From NCBI RefSeq assembly GCF_001194135.2, contig NC_069004.1, forward strand, positions 8,393,942-8,457,941: 64,000 nt of DNA, written 5' to 3'. The position numbers were made by a program, and so were the translations under genes. The stretch is from Octopus bimaculoides. Its lineage: Eukaryota. The notes under the pieces were generated by a model. The model saw nothing but the letters and a program-made list of their open reading frames with translations, was not told the origin of the DNA and ran no database searches. Shown here in pieces: positions 39,407-51,024 of the stretch (positions are counted from its first letter, which is position 1; the number at the start of each line of letters is the position of its first letter).

Positions 39407-39610
39407 GACGGCGAGCTGGCAGAAACGTTAGCACTCCGGGCAAAATGCTTAGCAGTATTTCTTCTGCCGTTACGTTCTGAGTTCAAATTCCGCCGTGGTC
39501 GACAAATTAAGTACCAGTTACGCACTGGTGTCGATGTAATCGACTTAATCCCTTTATGTATTCTTGTTTGTCCCCTGTATGTTTAGCCTCTTGTGGGCAA
39601 TAAAGAAATA
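39407..39610 (+). mobile_element. SINE family A with an internal deletion
   Basis: Perfect 17-bp TSD agatatattgtacaaaa (39390-39406, 39611-39627). Confidence 0.92.
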
Positions 39611-40564
39611 AGATATATTGTACAAAACCACATTGGAAAACAAATCCAAAATCGAAGTAAACACAAACACGAGCAAAGAACGAAAAATAAGAGAAGAGGA
39701 AAAAGAGTAAGAAAGAGAAAAGCATCAATTGAACACCAATTCTGTCATTATTAAGCCATTCTTTTACATCTTGTTGCAAATCACTTAACTAAATCATCTT
39801 CTCATCATGATGAAGGCCTTTCAGTTTCACCTTTTCTATCTCTTGGACACCACTCACCATCTGTGCAAGTTTACTTGTTGTCTGTCAGGCTTGTGAAATA
39901 TCCAGTGGAACTTGTCCTTTCAGTATTCTGTGATTACATCATTCACTCTACTCCATTCTCAAATTTATCTCATTTCAAATATGCTCTCGTAATGATATTC
40001 TGCTCAGCAATCCTTCCAAGGCCCTTTGCATCATAGCCATATTCCATTTGTAGTGTCTCACGTCTCACTAGCATATAAGAATAAATGTAGGACAATGTTA
40101 CTGAAAATATTGGTACATATGGCAGTGTCTATCTTTCTTTTCAGCACATCCTTTATTGACATAAATGTCTTCTGTCATACCTTTATTCTCTGAAATTTCA
40201 GCATCTACTTTGGTGCATAATCAAATTATATGTGCATGCATTCCAAAAGCTTGAGGACTATTTTTGCAGTCAAAGCTGTTCAAGATTATTGTAGTTTTTG
40301 TATATCATTACTATAAACAGATCTGTCAACTTTCTTTTATTTCAGATTGAAGGAGACAGCTATGAGAACATTTTGAACCAATTCCTACCAAACATTGCTT
40401 GTCACAGCTGACTAAGTTGTGGAATGTAGTCAGGACATAAGAACAATTTAGAATCCTGCTATGAAATAAAACTTTAATTTAAACTGTGCATAAATGCTAA
40501 TGAAACCAACGAAATACTCCAGACTGTTTATGGATTAACTTTTATAAGCAAACCTCTTAGCTCA

Positions 40565-40905
40565 TAAAAGTTAATCCATAAGCACTGGCACCAAAGGTTC
40601 AAAGATGGTAGAGTGGAAGAGGAAGATAAGAGGTGTGGCAGAGAGACAGAACTTCATAAAATCTGAGGGGTTAGTTTCAAAATGAAGGCCATTACATATC
40701 AATAAAGATGAGTGTACAGTTTGGAGTTGGTGAGGCAACTGTACACAAATTATTCATGAAAGATCTGAATATGTAAATTTGTGCAAAGTTTGTTCCCAGC
40801 ATGTCAGTGGCAAACACAAAGAAAGATGTGTTGGTGTTGAATAAAATCATAATTAACTAATCCTCCTGTATTTTCTTTTACCCAAAGCCAGGAACTTTTC
40901 AGCTT
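40565..40905. mobile_element. Mariner transposase N-terminal relic (+) abutting half of a mariner MITE (-)
   Basis: WHQRFKDG...VGEATVHK...DLNM...CAKFVP; aaagccaggaacttttcagc TIR. Confidence 0.6.
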
Positions 40906-41473
40906 AAGACCTCAGTCAACAAATATGATTCTTAATTATCTTAAATTGCATTATTTTTATAAATGGAATCTAATTTGAATGATATTATGTTGGAATACAA
41001 TGCATCAAAAAATTTATTAATTTTGATCTGAAATTTTCTCAATTTCAGTTGAAATTTGTATTTGAAAACAATTGGAATACTTCTGGCCAGACATTTTCTG
41101 CATTAAAAGCTGCCCTGCAGTTATCTGTATTAGCTGTCTTTATGTTGAAATAAGAATATTTTTATTGAATGGGTAAAACCCAGAATGAATCAGACTTGCA
41201 AAGTAAAGAATAACTGAAAGATGTTATGTAAAGCTTTATCAAATGCAATGAAATGGGCAAAGAAAAATGAACAACATGATCATTCTAAAAAACACTTCAT
41301 TTTCATAACACCAAATCAATCTGTAACCAATACAATACATATAATAATTATTACCACAAAAGGTCAAAAAGCAAAAAAAAAAAACCGTCAAAATTTGGTT
41401 CTATTATATATCTTAGTAAATACATTTATGAATTGTTAATGCACTTGCATAAAAGAAAGATACACCAAAAGAA

Positions 41474-43129
41474 TCACAGGGATGTAGTTTTTACCCCTGT
41501 ATGAATACATTTGTGTTTAGTTAATGTACGTCCATCAATGAATGATTTACCACAGATATCACAGTGATATGGTCTTTCCCCTGTATGGATACGTATGTGC
41601 TTAGTTAATGTACTTCTATCTGTGTATGATTTACCACAGATATCACAGTGATATGGTTTTTCCCCTGTATGAGTACGTTTGTGTTTAGTTAATTTACTAG
41701 TATCAGTGAATGCTTTACCACAGATGTCACACTGATATGGTCTCTCCCCTGTATGAATACGTTTGTGTTTGGTTAATGTACTTCCATCAGTGAATGATTT
41801 ACCACAGATATCACATCGATATGGTTTTTCCCCTGTATGAATACGCTCATGTACAGTTAGTCCTCTTCCACTGCTAAAGGAATTACCACAGATATCGCAG
41901 TGATAAGGTTTCTCCCTTGCATGTAAACGTTTGTGCTTAGTTACATCACTATTTTGGAAGAAAGATTTACCACAAATATCACACTGATAGGGTTTCTCTC
42001 CTGTATGAATACGTCTGTGAATTTTTAAATGACCTGTCTGTGAGAATGATTTACCACAGATATCACAGTCATATGGTTTCTCACCTGTATGAGTACGAAT
42101 GTGAACAGTCAAATGAGCTCTTTGAGAGAATGACTGACCACAGATATTACAGTGATGGAGCTTTTCCCCTGAATGAATACGCTTGTGAACATTTAATTTA
42201 TTTCCCCTTATGAATGCTTTACCACAAATATCACAGCGGTATGGCCTCTCTCCAGTATGAATACGTTTGTGAACAGTTAATGCACTTCTCTCAATGAATG
42301 ATTTACCACAGATGTCACACTGATACGGTTTTTCGCCTGTATGAATACGTTTATGAACAGTTAATAAACTTGGATTAATGAATGATTTACCACAGATTTC
42401 ACAGTGATATGGTTTCTCATTTGTATGAATGCGTCTCTTGTGTATCGATAAATGAGCTTCTTCTCTAAATGATTTACCACAGACGTCACACTGATATGGT
42501 TTCTCTCCTGCGTGAATGTGTTTGTGTCTGTTTAATCTATTTCCATCAGCAAATGATTTCAAGCAGATATCACATTGATAAGGCTTCTCCCCAGTATGAA
42601 CATACATGTGACTATTTAAATGAACTTTCTGAAAGAATGATTTACCACAGATATCACAGTGATATGACTTCTCTCCTGTATGAGTGTATTTGTGTGTAGT
42701 TAAATTACATCTTTCAGAGAAAGATTTTCCACAAATATTACACTGATATGGTTTCTCTCCTGTGTGAATTCGAATGTGGCTAGTTAGGGCATCACTTTCA
42801 GGGAAGGATTTACCACAGATATCACAGTGATATGGCTTTTCTCCTGTATGAACTCGTATGTGTTTGGTTAAATATCTTCTAAAGGCAAATGATTTACCAC
42901 AGTTTTCACATTTATATGGTTTTTCTCCAGTATGAATGTGTTTGTGAATAGTTAAAGTACGTATTAGAGAAAATGATTTACCACAGATATCACAGTTATG
43001 TGGTTTCTCTCCTGTGTGAATCTGTTTATGAATAGCAAGGCTGTCTTTTAGAGAGAATGTTTGTTCACAGAGATCACAAGGATATGATGATTTTCCTACA
43101 TCCTCTGGCAATTCTGCAGGAAAATCCAT
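41474..43129 (-). CDS. G8: C2H2 zinc-finger protein, 19 fingers
   Basis: Homologous start MDFPAEL at 43129 (ORF extends to 43159). Confidence 0.96.
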   Translation of the reverse strand: MDFPAELPEDVGKSSYPCDLCEQTFSLKDSLAIHKQIHTGEKPHNCDICGKSFSLIRTLTIHKHIHTGEKPYKCENCGKSFAFRRYLTKHIRVHTGEKPYHCDICGKSFPESDALTSHIRIHTGEKPYQCNICGKSFSERCNLTTHKYTHTGEKSYHCDICGKSFFQKVHLNSHMYVHTGEKPYQCDICLKSFADGNRLNRHKHIHAGEKPYQCDVCGKSFREEAHLSIHKRRIHTNEKPYHCEICGKSFINPSLLTVHKRIHTGEKPYQCDICGKSFIERSALTVHKRIHTGERPYRCDICGKAFIRGNKLNVHKRIHSGEKLHHCNICGQSFSQRAHLTVHIRTHTGEKPYDCDICGKSFSQTGHLKIHRRIHTGEKPYQCDICGKSFFQNSDVTKHKRLHAREKPYHCDICGNSFSSGRGLTVHERIHTGEKPYRCDICGKSFTDGSTLTKHKRIHTGERPYQCDICGKAFTDTSKLTKHKRTHTGEKPYHCDICGKSYTDRSTLTKHIRIHTGERPYHCDICGKSFIDGRTLTKHKCIHTGVKTTSL

Positions 43130-44160
43130 TCTTCTGTAAATTTTGTTCTTAGAAAACAATATGAATGCTTTTATTGCTGTCTATATATTTCCGTGATGAT
43201 CAAACCATTTGTATTGCAGTAGTGAATCCTTTGTGAATTTGTCCAAACTTAATGGAAACACAAAACCATCTTGTAAATCCTCCAGACAATGAAAGATAGA
43301 AATATCTTAGAGGAAATATTTCACAGTAATTTAATGATATATTTATAGGAATGAGGTTCTAATTCTTCTGTAAAATTACCTCTTTTTGTCTGACAGATAT
43401 TGATGATATATCTTTAATGCCAATGTCTTTGATATTCTGAAATGATGGAGAAATACTGTGAGACATTGAAGATATCAAAAAGTAAAGATTCAACAGAGAA
43501 ATTTTACTACAATAAACTTCATCCCAACAACATTACATTTGAATTTATTAAAGTTACAAGGAAGTTGTGTAAAGTTTACATATTTACAGTCTAGATCTAC
43601 ACTTTCAGATTATGTAATATTAAATATATTACAAATAAACAATAATTAGTATACAATTATATCTGGATTAATGTCTTCAGTCGTCACACCTTCTGGACTT
43701 CTTCAGATGCCTCTCATATCTAGTAATGTTCTCAGAATTTGAAACTGAACCCTTTATTAAATCCACAGGGGTACATTGTTCTCATTCCATTCTCCATATC
43801 AGGGATATTGCCATCATTAGTTATTCTACTACATGTGATGTACTAGTAGTATATTACACTTCTTATCATGATTTACCCAGGAATTGAACTTACTCCCACA
43901 ACATAAACTATTACAATTAACAGTTGACAGTCTATGCTTATATTCATCATAACCAAAATTTACAGAAGAGCAGACAATAACATTCTTTAGAAAGATTCTT
44001 TGTCAGTATTGTGTAATCCCTTGTCATTCCTTACTAAACAGATCTGAGATCAAACACATTCCATCACAATACTGCCATTGTATATCAAGGGATACATCAT
44101 CTAGTGTGTCCAAGCCCAACACCCTGCCAACCAATGTAAGTGGAATTTGAAAGAAATTTG

Positions 44161-44308
44161 AGTAATTTTTCAGATTAACACCCGCACGATCTTCACTAGG
44201 GGGTTAGGGTTAGGGAATTCCATCCGTAACCGTAACAGTCACCCTAACTCAAACCCTAACCCTAACACCGTAGTGAAGATCGTGCGGGTGTTAATCTGAA
44301 AAATTACC
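44161..44308. mobile_element. Foldback MITE with telomere repeats (Merlin-like ends)
   Basis: Perfect 37-bp TIR (44162-44198 / 44271-44307); 8-bp TSD gaaatttg/gaaatttt; empty site in the G7 and G10 introns. Confidence 0.85.
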
Positions 44309-44853
44309 GAAATTTTGCTCCTATTTCAAGAAGCTCGAGTGACCACATAACTTCTACCCCAGTGACTCATTGCAGCTGTTTTATCCCCAATCAACCATAA
44401 TTAACAGCTCTGTTATCAATTATAAAGTTTTTCATCGATGCTACGAGTTTTTTTTAACAGATCAAACAGCGACATCATGAACGAATAAAAAACATTCCCA
44501 AAAAAGAAAATATGTCTGAAGAAAGAAACCTAACTATTGGTAAATACATTCATACGAGCTAGAAACAATATCATACTGTTATCTGTTCTGAAAATTCTCT
44601 ATAGGATGTAACCTCTTTACTTATGAACATAAACATAAACGACAGAAGCTGTATCATTGCAATCGATATTTGTGGCAAATTGCTCTCTGCAAGACATGGA
44701 GATAAAAGCTTTCACACTTATGTAATTACTGTATCTGAAGGAAATGCCTTTGCCCATTGTTATATGTTTTCACTTCATTATAATTTCCTTATCCGCCAAG
44801 TGAAACAGAATTTTATTATTTACAGACATTAAAACAAACGTTTATCAACTTAC

Positions 44854-45040
44854 CGTTTTCAGATGTAAATAGTGAATCAATGATTTCACTAAAGTAAATA
44901 TCTGGACTCTTAGAATGAGGTTTGCCAATGTTTAATCAACATTCAGCAGGTTCTACTTTAATTAACAATAAAACAGTAACTTATCAAAATGTACCAGTGA
45001 AGCGGACTTCGTGTCTCCAGCCGCACTTTCGATATCAAAT
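44854..45040 (-). promoter_or_regulatory. G8 non-coding exon 1 + promoter motif
   Basis: Donor at 44852-44853, acceptor at 43437-43438. Confidence 0.75.
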
Positions 45041-45565
45041 ATTACAAATTCAATGGTAGTGTCCCCTTGAAAATTCCGTGAGCTGATAAGGAATCGTTGA
45101 GTGTTTCTAGTGCAGATAGGATTTTTCGTAGGAAGAGAATACTAAAGCGACGTGCAATAATTACGTTTTAAAGTATTTTCTGCCTGATCCGAAACTCCGT
45201 TTTTTTTTTTTTCGAAATTCCTCTCCCCATTCCCTCAGAAAAAATATTTTCCACACAAATTTCTTTATAATCGTAATCTATGCCGTTTGAATGGTATTTG
45301 TATAAAATTTCACTAAAAGATATCCATTTTCCTGAAAGTTATGAAGGAAACAATTTGGATCGCCTCAATTTTCTGAAACTCATCTCCCCACCCCCTCGGA
45401 ATAATTCTTTTCCCTAAATCCCTATATACTCTGAAAGCGCAGCATCTTAGCGATATTTGTTGAAAATTTCGTTACAAAGTATCCATTTCTCTGGAAGTTA
45501 TGAGGCAACAAAGTCGGCGGGATGGGTACACATCTATAGTTATGCCGGATATTTATAGTTCGGTA

Positions 45566-45735
45566 CTACTAAAGCAGCGCGGACCGTCCGCGCTAGCTAG
45601 TCGTAAGTGGTCGATCCTAACCCTAACCCTAAACACGTATTCATTTTCACACGCGGGATAGGGTTAGGATCGACCACTCAAGACGAGCTAGCGCGGACGC
45701 GCGACTGCGCGTTCGGGTCCGCGCTGCTTTAGTAG
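45566..45735. mobile_element. TA-flanked foldback MITE with telomere repeats
   Basis: 20-bp perfect TIR ctactaaagcagcgcggacc plus a ~40-bp inner inverted repeat ending in CCCTAA/TTAGGG; TA at 45564 and 45736. Confidence 0.8.
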
Positions 45736-46063
45736 TACATAAACATTATTATACTCACTTGACCATTATCACTTGGGGTCGGCAACGGCGGGGTTACGTG
45801 TTATTAGTACACCTCACCTGTTATATTCTATATTTCCTCTACTTTCTTCTCCCGAATCGGTTTCTCTTTTTCCTCCTTCCTCTTCTAACGTAAATATATG
45901 CTTACCTGTTTTGGTTTTAACTTTCTATATGGCTTGTCTGTCTTCGCAGAATTTCATTTTTATTTTAATCTTTATTTATACTTCTTGTTTCCCCCTAATA
46001 TAAAGCATGGTAGACTCACAATGTAAGAGTGCACCTTGATGCAAATCTGATGAAGTACCACTC

Positions 46064-46416
46064 TTATGTACATTCGACGGATATTTGTCCTCATCTTGTT
46101 TGTTGTTAACCCGTTTCGACTGATATACCCTCCAGCCTTCTTCAGGTGTCTTGGGGAAATTTCGAACCTGGGTTCTCATTCCTAAGGTATTTTTCGATGT
46201 TGTTGTTATTATCATTGTTCAGGTCACTGCTTGGAATCGAACTCGGATTCTTGGGGTTAGTAACCCGTGTCCTTAACCACTATGCCATATGCCCATGGGC
46301 ATTAGAGCACAGGTTATATCAGCCGAAACGTTGTGTTAACAACAAAAAAAGATGAGGACAAATATCCGTTGAATCTAAATAATGTACATAATTCCTCATC
46401 TCTTAAATATAGAACT
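46064..46416 (-). mobile_element. tRNA-headed retroposon with hammerhead-ribozyme motif (46064-46300, -) plus an inverted 5'-truncated copy (46315-46416, +)
   Basis: A box at 46277-46287, B box at 46233-46244; CUGAAGA-stemII-GAAAC at 46113-46145; the inverted copy keeps GAAACGUU-GUGUU. Confidence 0.7.
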
Positions 46417-47492
46417 GCCACTCTAATGTTGAAAACAATGGGAAAAGCCTTTCAGGTAAAAAAAAAAAAAAAAGAAAGAAAATAAAAGAAAAATGAATTT
46501 TTTTCAAACTTCCTTCTTCCACTCAGTTTTGATGTTGGCTTATTTCTTTCTTTTTTGTTTTTGAAAATGATGGGAGAAGCCTTAAAATAAAAGTTTGGAA
46601 ATCGGCAACTACCGTTACAGTTCTCCACTTCCTTTGTTTTCAAACAAAAAATGAAACAATTTACAAGCAATAAAGAAATTTTAAAACTTTCTAATTTACC
46701 ATGTACCCTACCATAAATTCTAAAATTTCAACTTTTTTTTTTTTCTGATTTTTTTTTTTTTAATCATAGTTTTGAAACATGGACAGTCTGAATCGGCAAT
46801 TTGTCTCTGTTTATAATTTTAAAATACTTTTCAAATGAAAAGACATGTGATTTTAAGAGAGGTTGAGCTGCTGTTTCTGACACATCCCATGACTACCTGT
46901 TACCTTCCACGTTTCATCACTCTTTGGGACATAGATTTCAAAAATAAAATTCGTTTTTCTCAAGAATATACCATTTCAGAGCCTTTCGGGGCTAAACACA
47001 CACATATCCACGTATAGTTACATTTATATAGTGGATATATAAAGAGGTAAGAGGTTTATTCCCATGCAAGAAAGAATACAGGAGGAAACAAAAATGAACA
47101 ACTACTCAATCATTCTAAAACATAATTCATTTTCAGTACACCAAATCATTGAATAATCAATACAATACATTAAAAAAATCATAGGGAAAGTGATTTGCCA
47201 CAGATATCAATGTGGTATAGATTGTCTTTGGAATGAATACATTTGTTTTTAGTTAAATGACTATTTTGATAAAATGATTTACCACAGATATCATAGTAAC
47301 ATGTTTTTATTTCTGTATGAATGCATTCATGAGTAATTAACGCAGAGCAATGGGCCACAGATATTACAGTGATATGATTATTCCCCTGTATAAGTTTATG
47401 CTTAATTACATCACTGTTTGGGAAGATAGATTTACCACAAATACCACACTGATTGGGTTCCTTTCCAGTATCAATACATCTGTGAATAGTTA

Positions 47493-47871
47493 CAAACGAG
47501 CGCTGAAATGTTCCTGGCTTTGGATAAAAGAAAATACAGAAGGATCAGCTATTAATATTTTATTCAACATTCACCTCTGATTCTGTTGTGTTGACACCCA
47601 TAAGCGAAGAAGTAGGATCGCCCAAGACATATAAATAGAGGTAGTCTGGCCGTAGTAGGGGAGTTGAGTAGCCAACGAGGAGCAGTCGTGTAGCGGTTGA
47701 GCAGAGATCATCCGAAGGTGCTAGATAGCAGTAGCTTGAGACATAACAGATACACACATTTATTGCAGTGGTCTTTCAGTTTTTCTAAGTCCAGAAAAAG
47801 AACTCAGAAGGTGGGGCCTCCAACCAGGCCCTTTGCAACACCCTTAAAGCCTTTACAGCACCCCACCCTCA
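47493..47871. mobile_element. Mariner-derived MITE (TA TSD) containing a nested insert
   Basis: TA duplication confirmed by the empty site in the G3 paralogue (gaatagttaaatga); a deleted copy lies at ~58000-58135. Confidence 0.8.
47584..47748. mobile_element. Probable solo LTR (165 bp)
   Basis: TGTTGTG...CATAACA termini; 5-bp TSD gattc/gatac; empty site agattcacacac at ~58030. Confidence 0.6.
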
Positions 47872-48318
47872 TAAATGACATCTCAGAGAATGGTGTAACA
47901 TTTCAGTAATATAACTTCTTTCCTGTGAGAGCGTAATTGTCTTTAGTTAAATAATACCTTTCATAGTCATTCACCACAGATATTACTGTAGTATGATTTC
48001 TCACCTGTATGAAAAAGTACGAGCCTAATCAAGCCAGAACAATTTACCATAGATACAACAGACTGGAACCTGGTACAGCTCCACAGTTTACCAGCTCTAG
48101 TCAAACTGTCCCACCCATGCTAGCATGGAATAAAGAACACCACATGATGATAACATTATACAGCTTCTGACCTGTATGAATACATTTTTGACCAGTTAAT
48201 GTACTTCGATCTACAAAAATTTACCACAAACATTGTAATCACGATTTCTCTTTTGTATGAATGCATCTCAGCTGAATCAGTAAATGACTTTTTTCCATTG
48301 AATGATTTATCAAAGATA

Positions 48319-50409
48319 TCAGTGATATGGTTTCTCGTTCGAATGATTCCGTTTATGAGCAGTTAACGAGCTCCTGTCAGTGAATGATCTACCACAGTTA
48401 TCGCAGTAAAATGGTTTCTCTCCTGTATGAATGCGTCGCTTGTGTATTGTTAACTGACTTGTTCGACAGAATGATATACCACAGATATCACATGAATATG
48501 GCTTTTCACCTGTATGAATACGTCTGTGAACAGTTAATGAACTTCCGTCAGTGAATGATTTACCACAGATATCACAATGATATGGTTTCTCGCTTGTATG
48601 GATGCGTCTCTTGTGAACTGTTAACTGACTTGTTTGAGAGAATGATTTTCCACAGATATCACAGTGATATGGTTTTTCTCCAGAATGAATTCGTTTGTGA
48701 ACAGTTAATGTGCTTCGATATGTAAATGATCTGCCACAGATATCACAATGATATAGTTTTTCTCCTGAATGAATACGTTTATGAAGAGTTAATGCACTTG
48801 CATAAGGGAATGATTTATCACAAGTATCGCAGTGATGTGGTTTTTTCCCTGTATGAATACGTTTGTGAACAGGTAATGTACTGCCATATGAGAAAGATTT
48901 ACCACAGATATCACAGTGATATGGTTTTTCCCCTGTGTGACTACGTTTATGAACAGTTAATGCACTTGAATAAGTGAATGATTTACCACAGATATCACAG
49001 GGATGTGGTTTCTCTCTTGAATGAATGCGTCTCTTGTGTATCATTAATTCACTTGTTCCAGAGAATGTTTTACCACAAATATCACAGCGATATTGTTTTT
49101 CGCCTGAATGAATATATTTGTGAATATTTAATGCAGTTGCATAAGTGAACGTTTTATCACAGCTATCACACTGATATGGTTTTTCCCCTGTGTGAATACG
49201 TTTGTGAACAGTTAATCCACCTCTATCAATAAATGATTTACCACAGATATCACAGGGATATGGTTTCTCACCTGTATGAACGCGCCTCTTGTGTATTGTT
49301 AACTGGCTTGTCCGAGAGAATGATTTACCACAGATATCACAGTGATATGGTTTTTCCCCTGTATGAATACGTTTGTGAACAGTTAAAGTACTTCCATCTG
49401 TGAATGATTTACCACAGATATCACAGGGATATGGTTTCTCTCCTGTGTGAGTACGTTTGTGTTTAGTTAATTTACTAGCATCAGTGAATGATTTATCACA
49501 GATATCACAGGGATAGGGCTTCTCCCCAGTATGAATACGTTTGTGAGAAGTTACTGCACTTCCATCATAAAATGATTTACCACAGATATCACAGTGATAT
49601 GGCTTCTCTCCTGTATGAATACGTCTGTGAGTATTTAAATGAACTCTTTGAAAGAATGATTTTCCACAGATATCACAGTGATATGACTTCTCTCCTGTAT
49701 GAATATACTTATGTTTAGTCAAATTACCCCTTTCAGAGAATGACTCACCACAAATATTACACTGATATGGTTTCTCTCCTGTATGAATACGTATATGGTT
49801 GGTTAGGCTATTAGTCTGAGAGAATGATTTACCACAGATATCACAGTGATATGGCTTTTCACCTGTATGAGTACGTTTGTGACAGGCTAAGTGACCTCTT
49901 AGGGAAAAGGATTTACCACAAATATCACAGCTGTGAGGTTTCTCTCCAGTATGGAGATGTTTGTGAGTAATTAACGTACGTATTCGAGCAAATGATTTAC
50001 CGCAGATATCACAGTTGTGTGGTTTCTCTCCTGTATGTATATGTTTATGTTCTGTTAAGTTAATTTTTACAGTGAATGATTTACCACAAATATCACAGCT
50101 GTGAGGTTTCTCTCCAGTATGGAGATGTTTGTGAGTAATTAACGTACATATTCGAGCGAATGATTTACCGCAGACATCACAGTTGTGTGGTTTCTCTCCT
50201 GTATGTATATGTTTATGTTCAGTTAAGTTCATTTTTACAGTGAACGATTTCCCACAGATATCACAATGATATCGTATCTCTGCTTTCTCTTCTTTGTCAA
50301 TACATTTATGAGTAGCAAGGTTACCTTTCAGAGAGAATGACTTTTTACAGATATCACAGTGGTATGATGTTTCCTCTATCTCTTTTGACAATTCTTCAGG
50401 AAAATTCAT
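48319..50409 (-). CDS. G9: C2H2 zinc-finger protein, 696 aa, 24 finger units (the first lacks its last His)
   Basis: Tandem C2H2 repeats; internal 168-bp two-finger duplication. Confidence 0.96.
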   Translation of the reverse strand: MNFPEELSKEIEETSYHCDICKKSFSLKGNLATHKCIDKEEKAEIRYHCDICGKSFTVKMNLTEHKHIHTGEKPHNCDVCGKSFARICTLITHKHLHTGEKPHSCDICGKSFTVKINLTEHKHIHTGEKPHNCDICGKSFARIRTLITHKHLHTGEKPHSCDICGKSFSLRGHLACHKRTHTGEKPYHCDICGKSFSQTNSLTNHIRIHTGEKPYQCNICGESFSERGNLTKHKYIHTGEKSYHCDICGKSFFQRVHLNTHRRIHTGEKPYHCDICGKSFYDGSAVTSHKRIHTGEKPYPCDICDKSFTDASKLTKHKRTHTGEKPYPCDICGKSFTDGSTLTVHKRIHTGEKPYHCDICGKSFSRTSQLTIHKRRVHTGEKPYPCDICGKSFIDRGGLTVHKRIHTGEKPYQCDSCDKTFTYATALNIHKYIHSGEKQYRCDICGKTFSGTSELMIHKRRIHSREKPHPCDICGKSFTYSSALTVHKRSHTGEKPYHCDICGKSFSYGSTLPVHKRIHTGKKPHHCDTCDKSFPYASALTLHKRIHSGEKLYHCDICGRSFTYRSTLTVHKRIHSGEKPYHCDICGKSFSQTSQLTVHKRRIHTSEKPYHCDICGKSFTDGSSLTVHRRIHTGEKPYSCDICGISFCRTSQLTIHKRRIHTGEKPFYCDNCGRSFTDRSSLTAHKRNHSNEKPYH

Positions 50410-50982
50410 CCTTGTATAATATTTTCTTTACTCACAACAATATATGGATACCTTTTACTATTTTTACTTTATTCCTGTGTTGATAAAAACTTTTCCATTG
50501 TAGTATTTCCACTAGCTTTTATTTCCGTATATCTCAGAAAAGGATTGCAATGTTGATAGTTTTTGCAAATTTAATTGGAACAAAATCATTTTGTACATAT
50601 TCCAGGTAAAGAAGGAAAGAAATGTCACTCATAAGGAATAATTCTCATTTTTCTGTGAAACCTTTTCTAAGATCATAAAACATGATAGATATTGATGATA
50701 TATCTTTAATGCCAATGGCATCTGGTATTCTGAAACGATAGAGAAACAGGGTAAGGTATTGGAGATAATTAAAAAATAGAGCTACAACAGTGAAATTTTC
50801 CTACAGTTCTATATTGATAAACTATAAACTTTTATCTCAATGACTGAATTTTAATTTTAAGTTGTTAAATTAAATCATACAAAATTGTGTGAAGCTTACA
50901 TATTTACAGACTACATCCATACCTTTAGATTGTGTAACATTACCTATATCACAATAAAAAACAGTGAGTATACATTATATCT

Positions 50983-51020
<38 letters not shown>

Positions 51021-51024
<4 letters not shown>

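Larger units (their letters stand above)
47165..48318 (-). pseudogene. Decayed zinc-finger repeats in the G9 3' region
   Basis: Homologous to 8570-9533; interrupted by a MITE and a nested LTR-like insert. Confidence 0.85.

Noticed and set aside
44995-45030. Autoregulation: the finger-code guess for the constant module (NGA GAC GNA) partly matches GGAGAC in the promoter motif
   Set aside because: The match is 6 bp in only some units, and the recognition code is too unreliable to support it without binding data.
34757-46300. tRNA genes
   Set aside because: The A/B boxes belong to SINE heads that continue into repeat bodies, most with TSDs or tails. No complete cloverleaf or poly-T terminator was seen.
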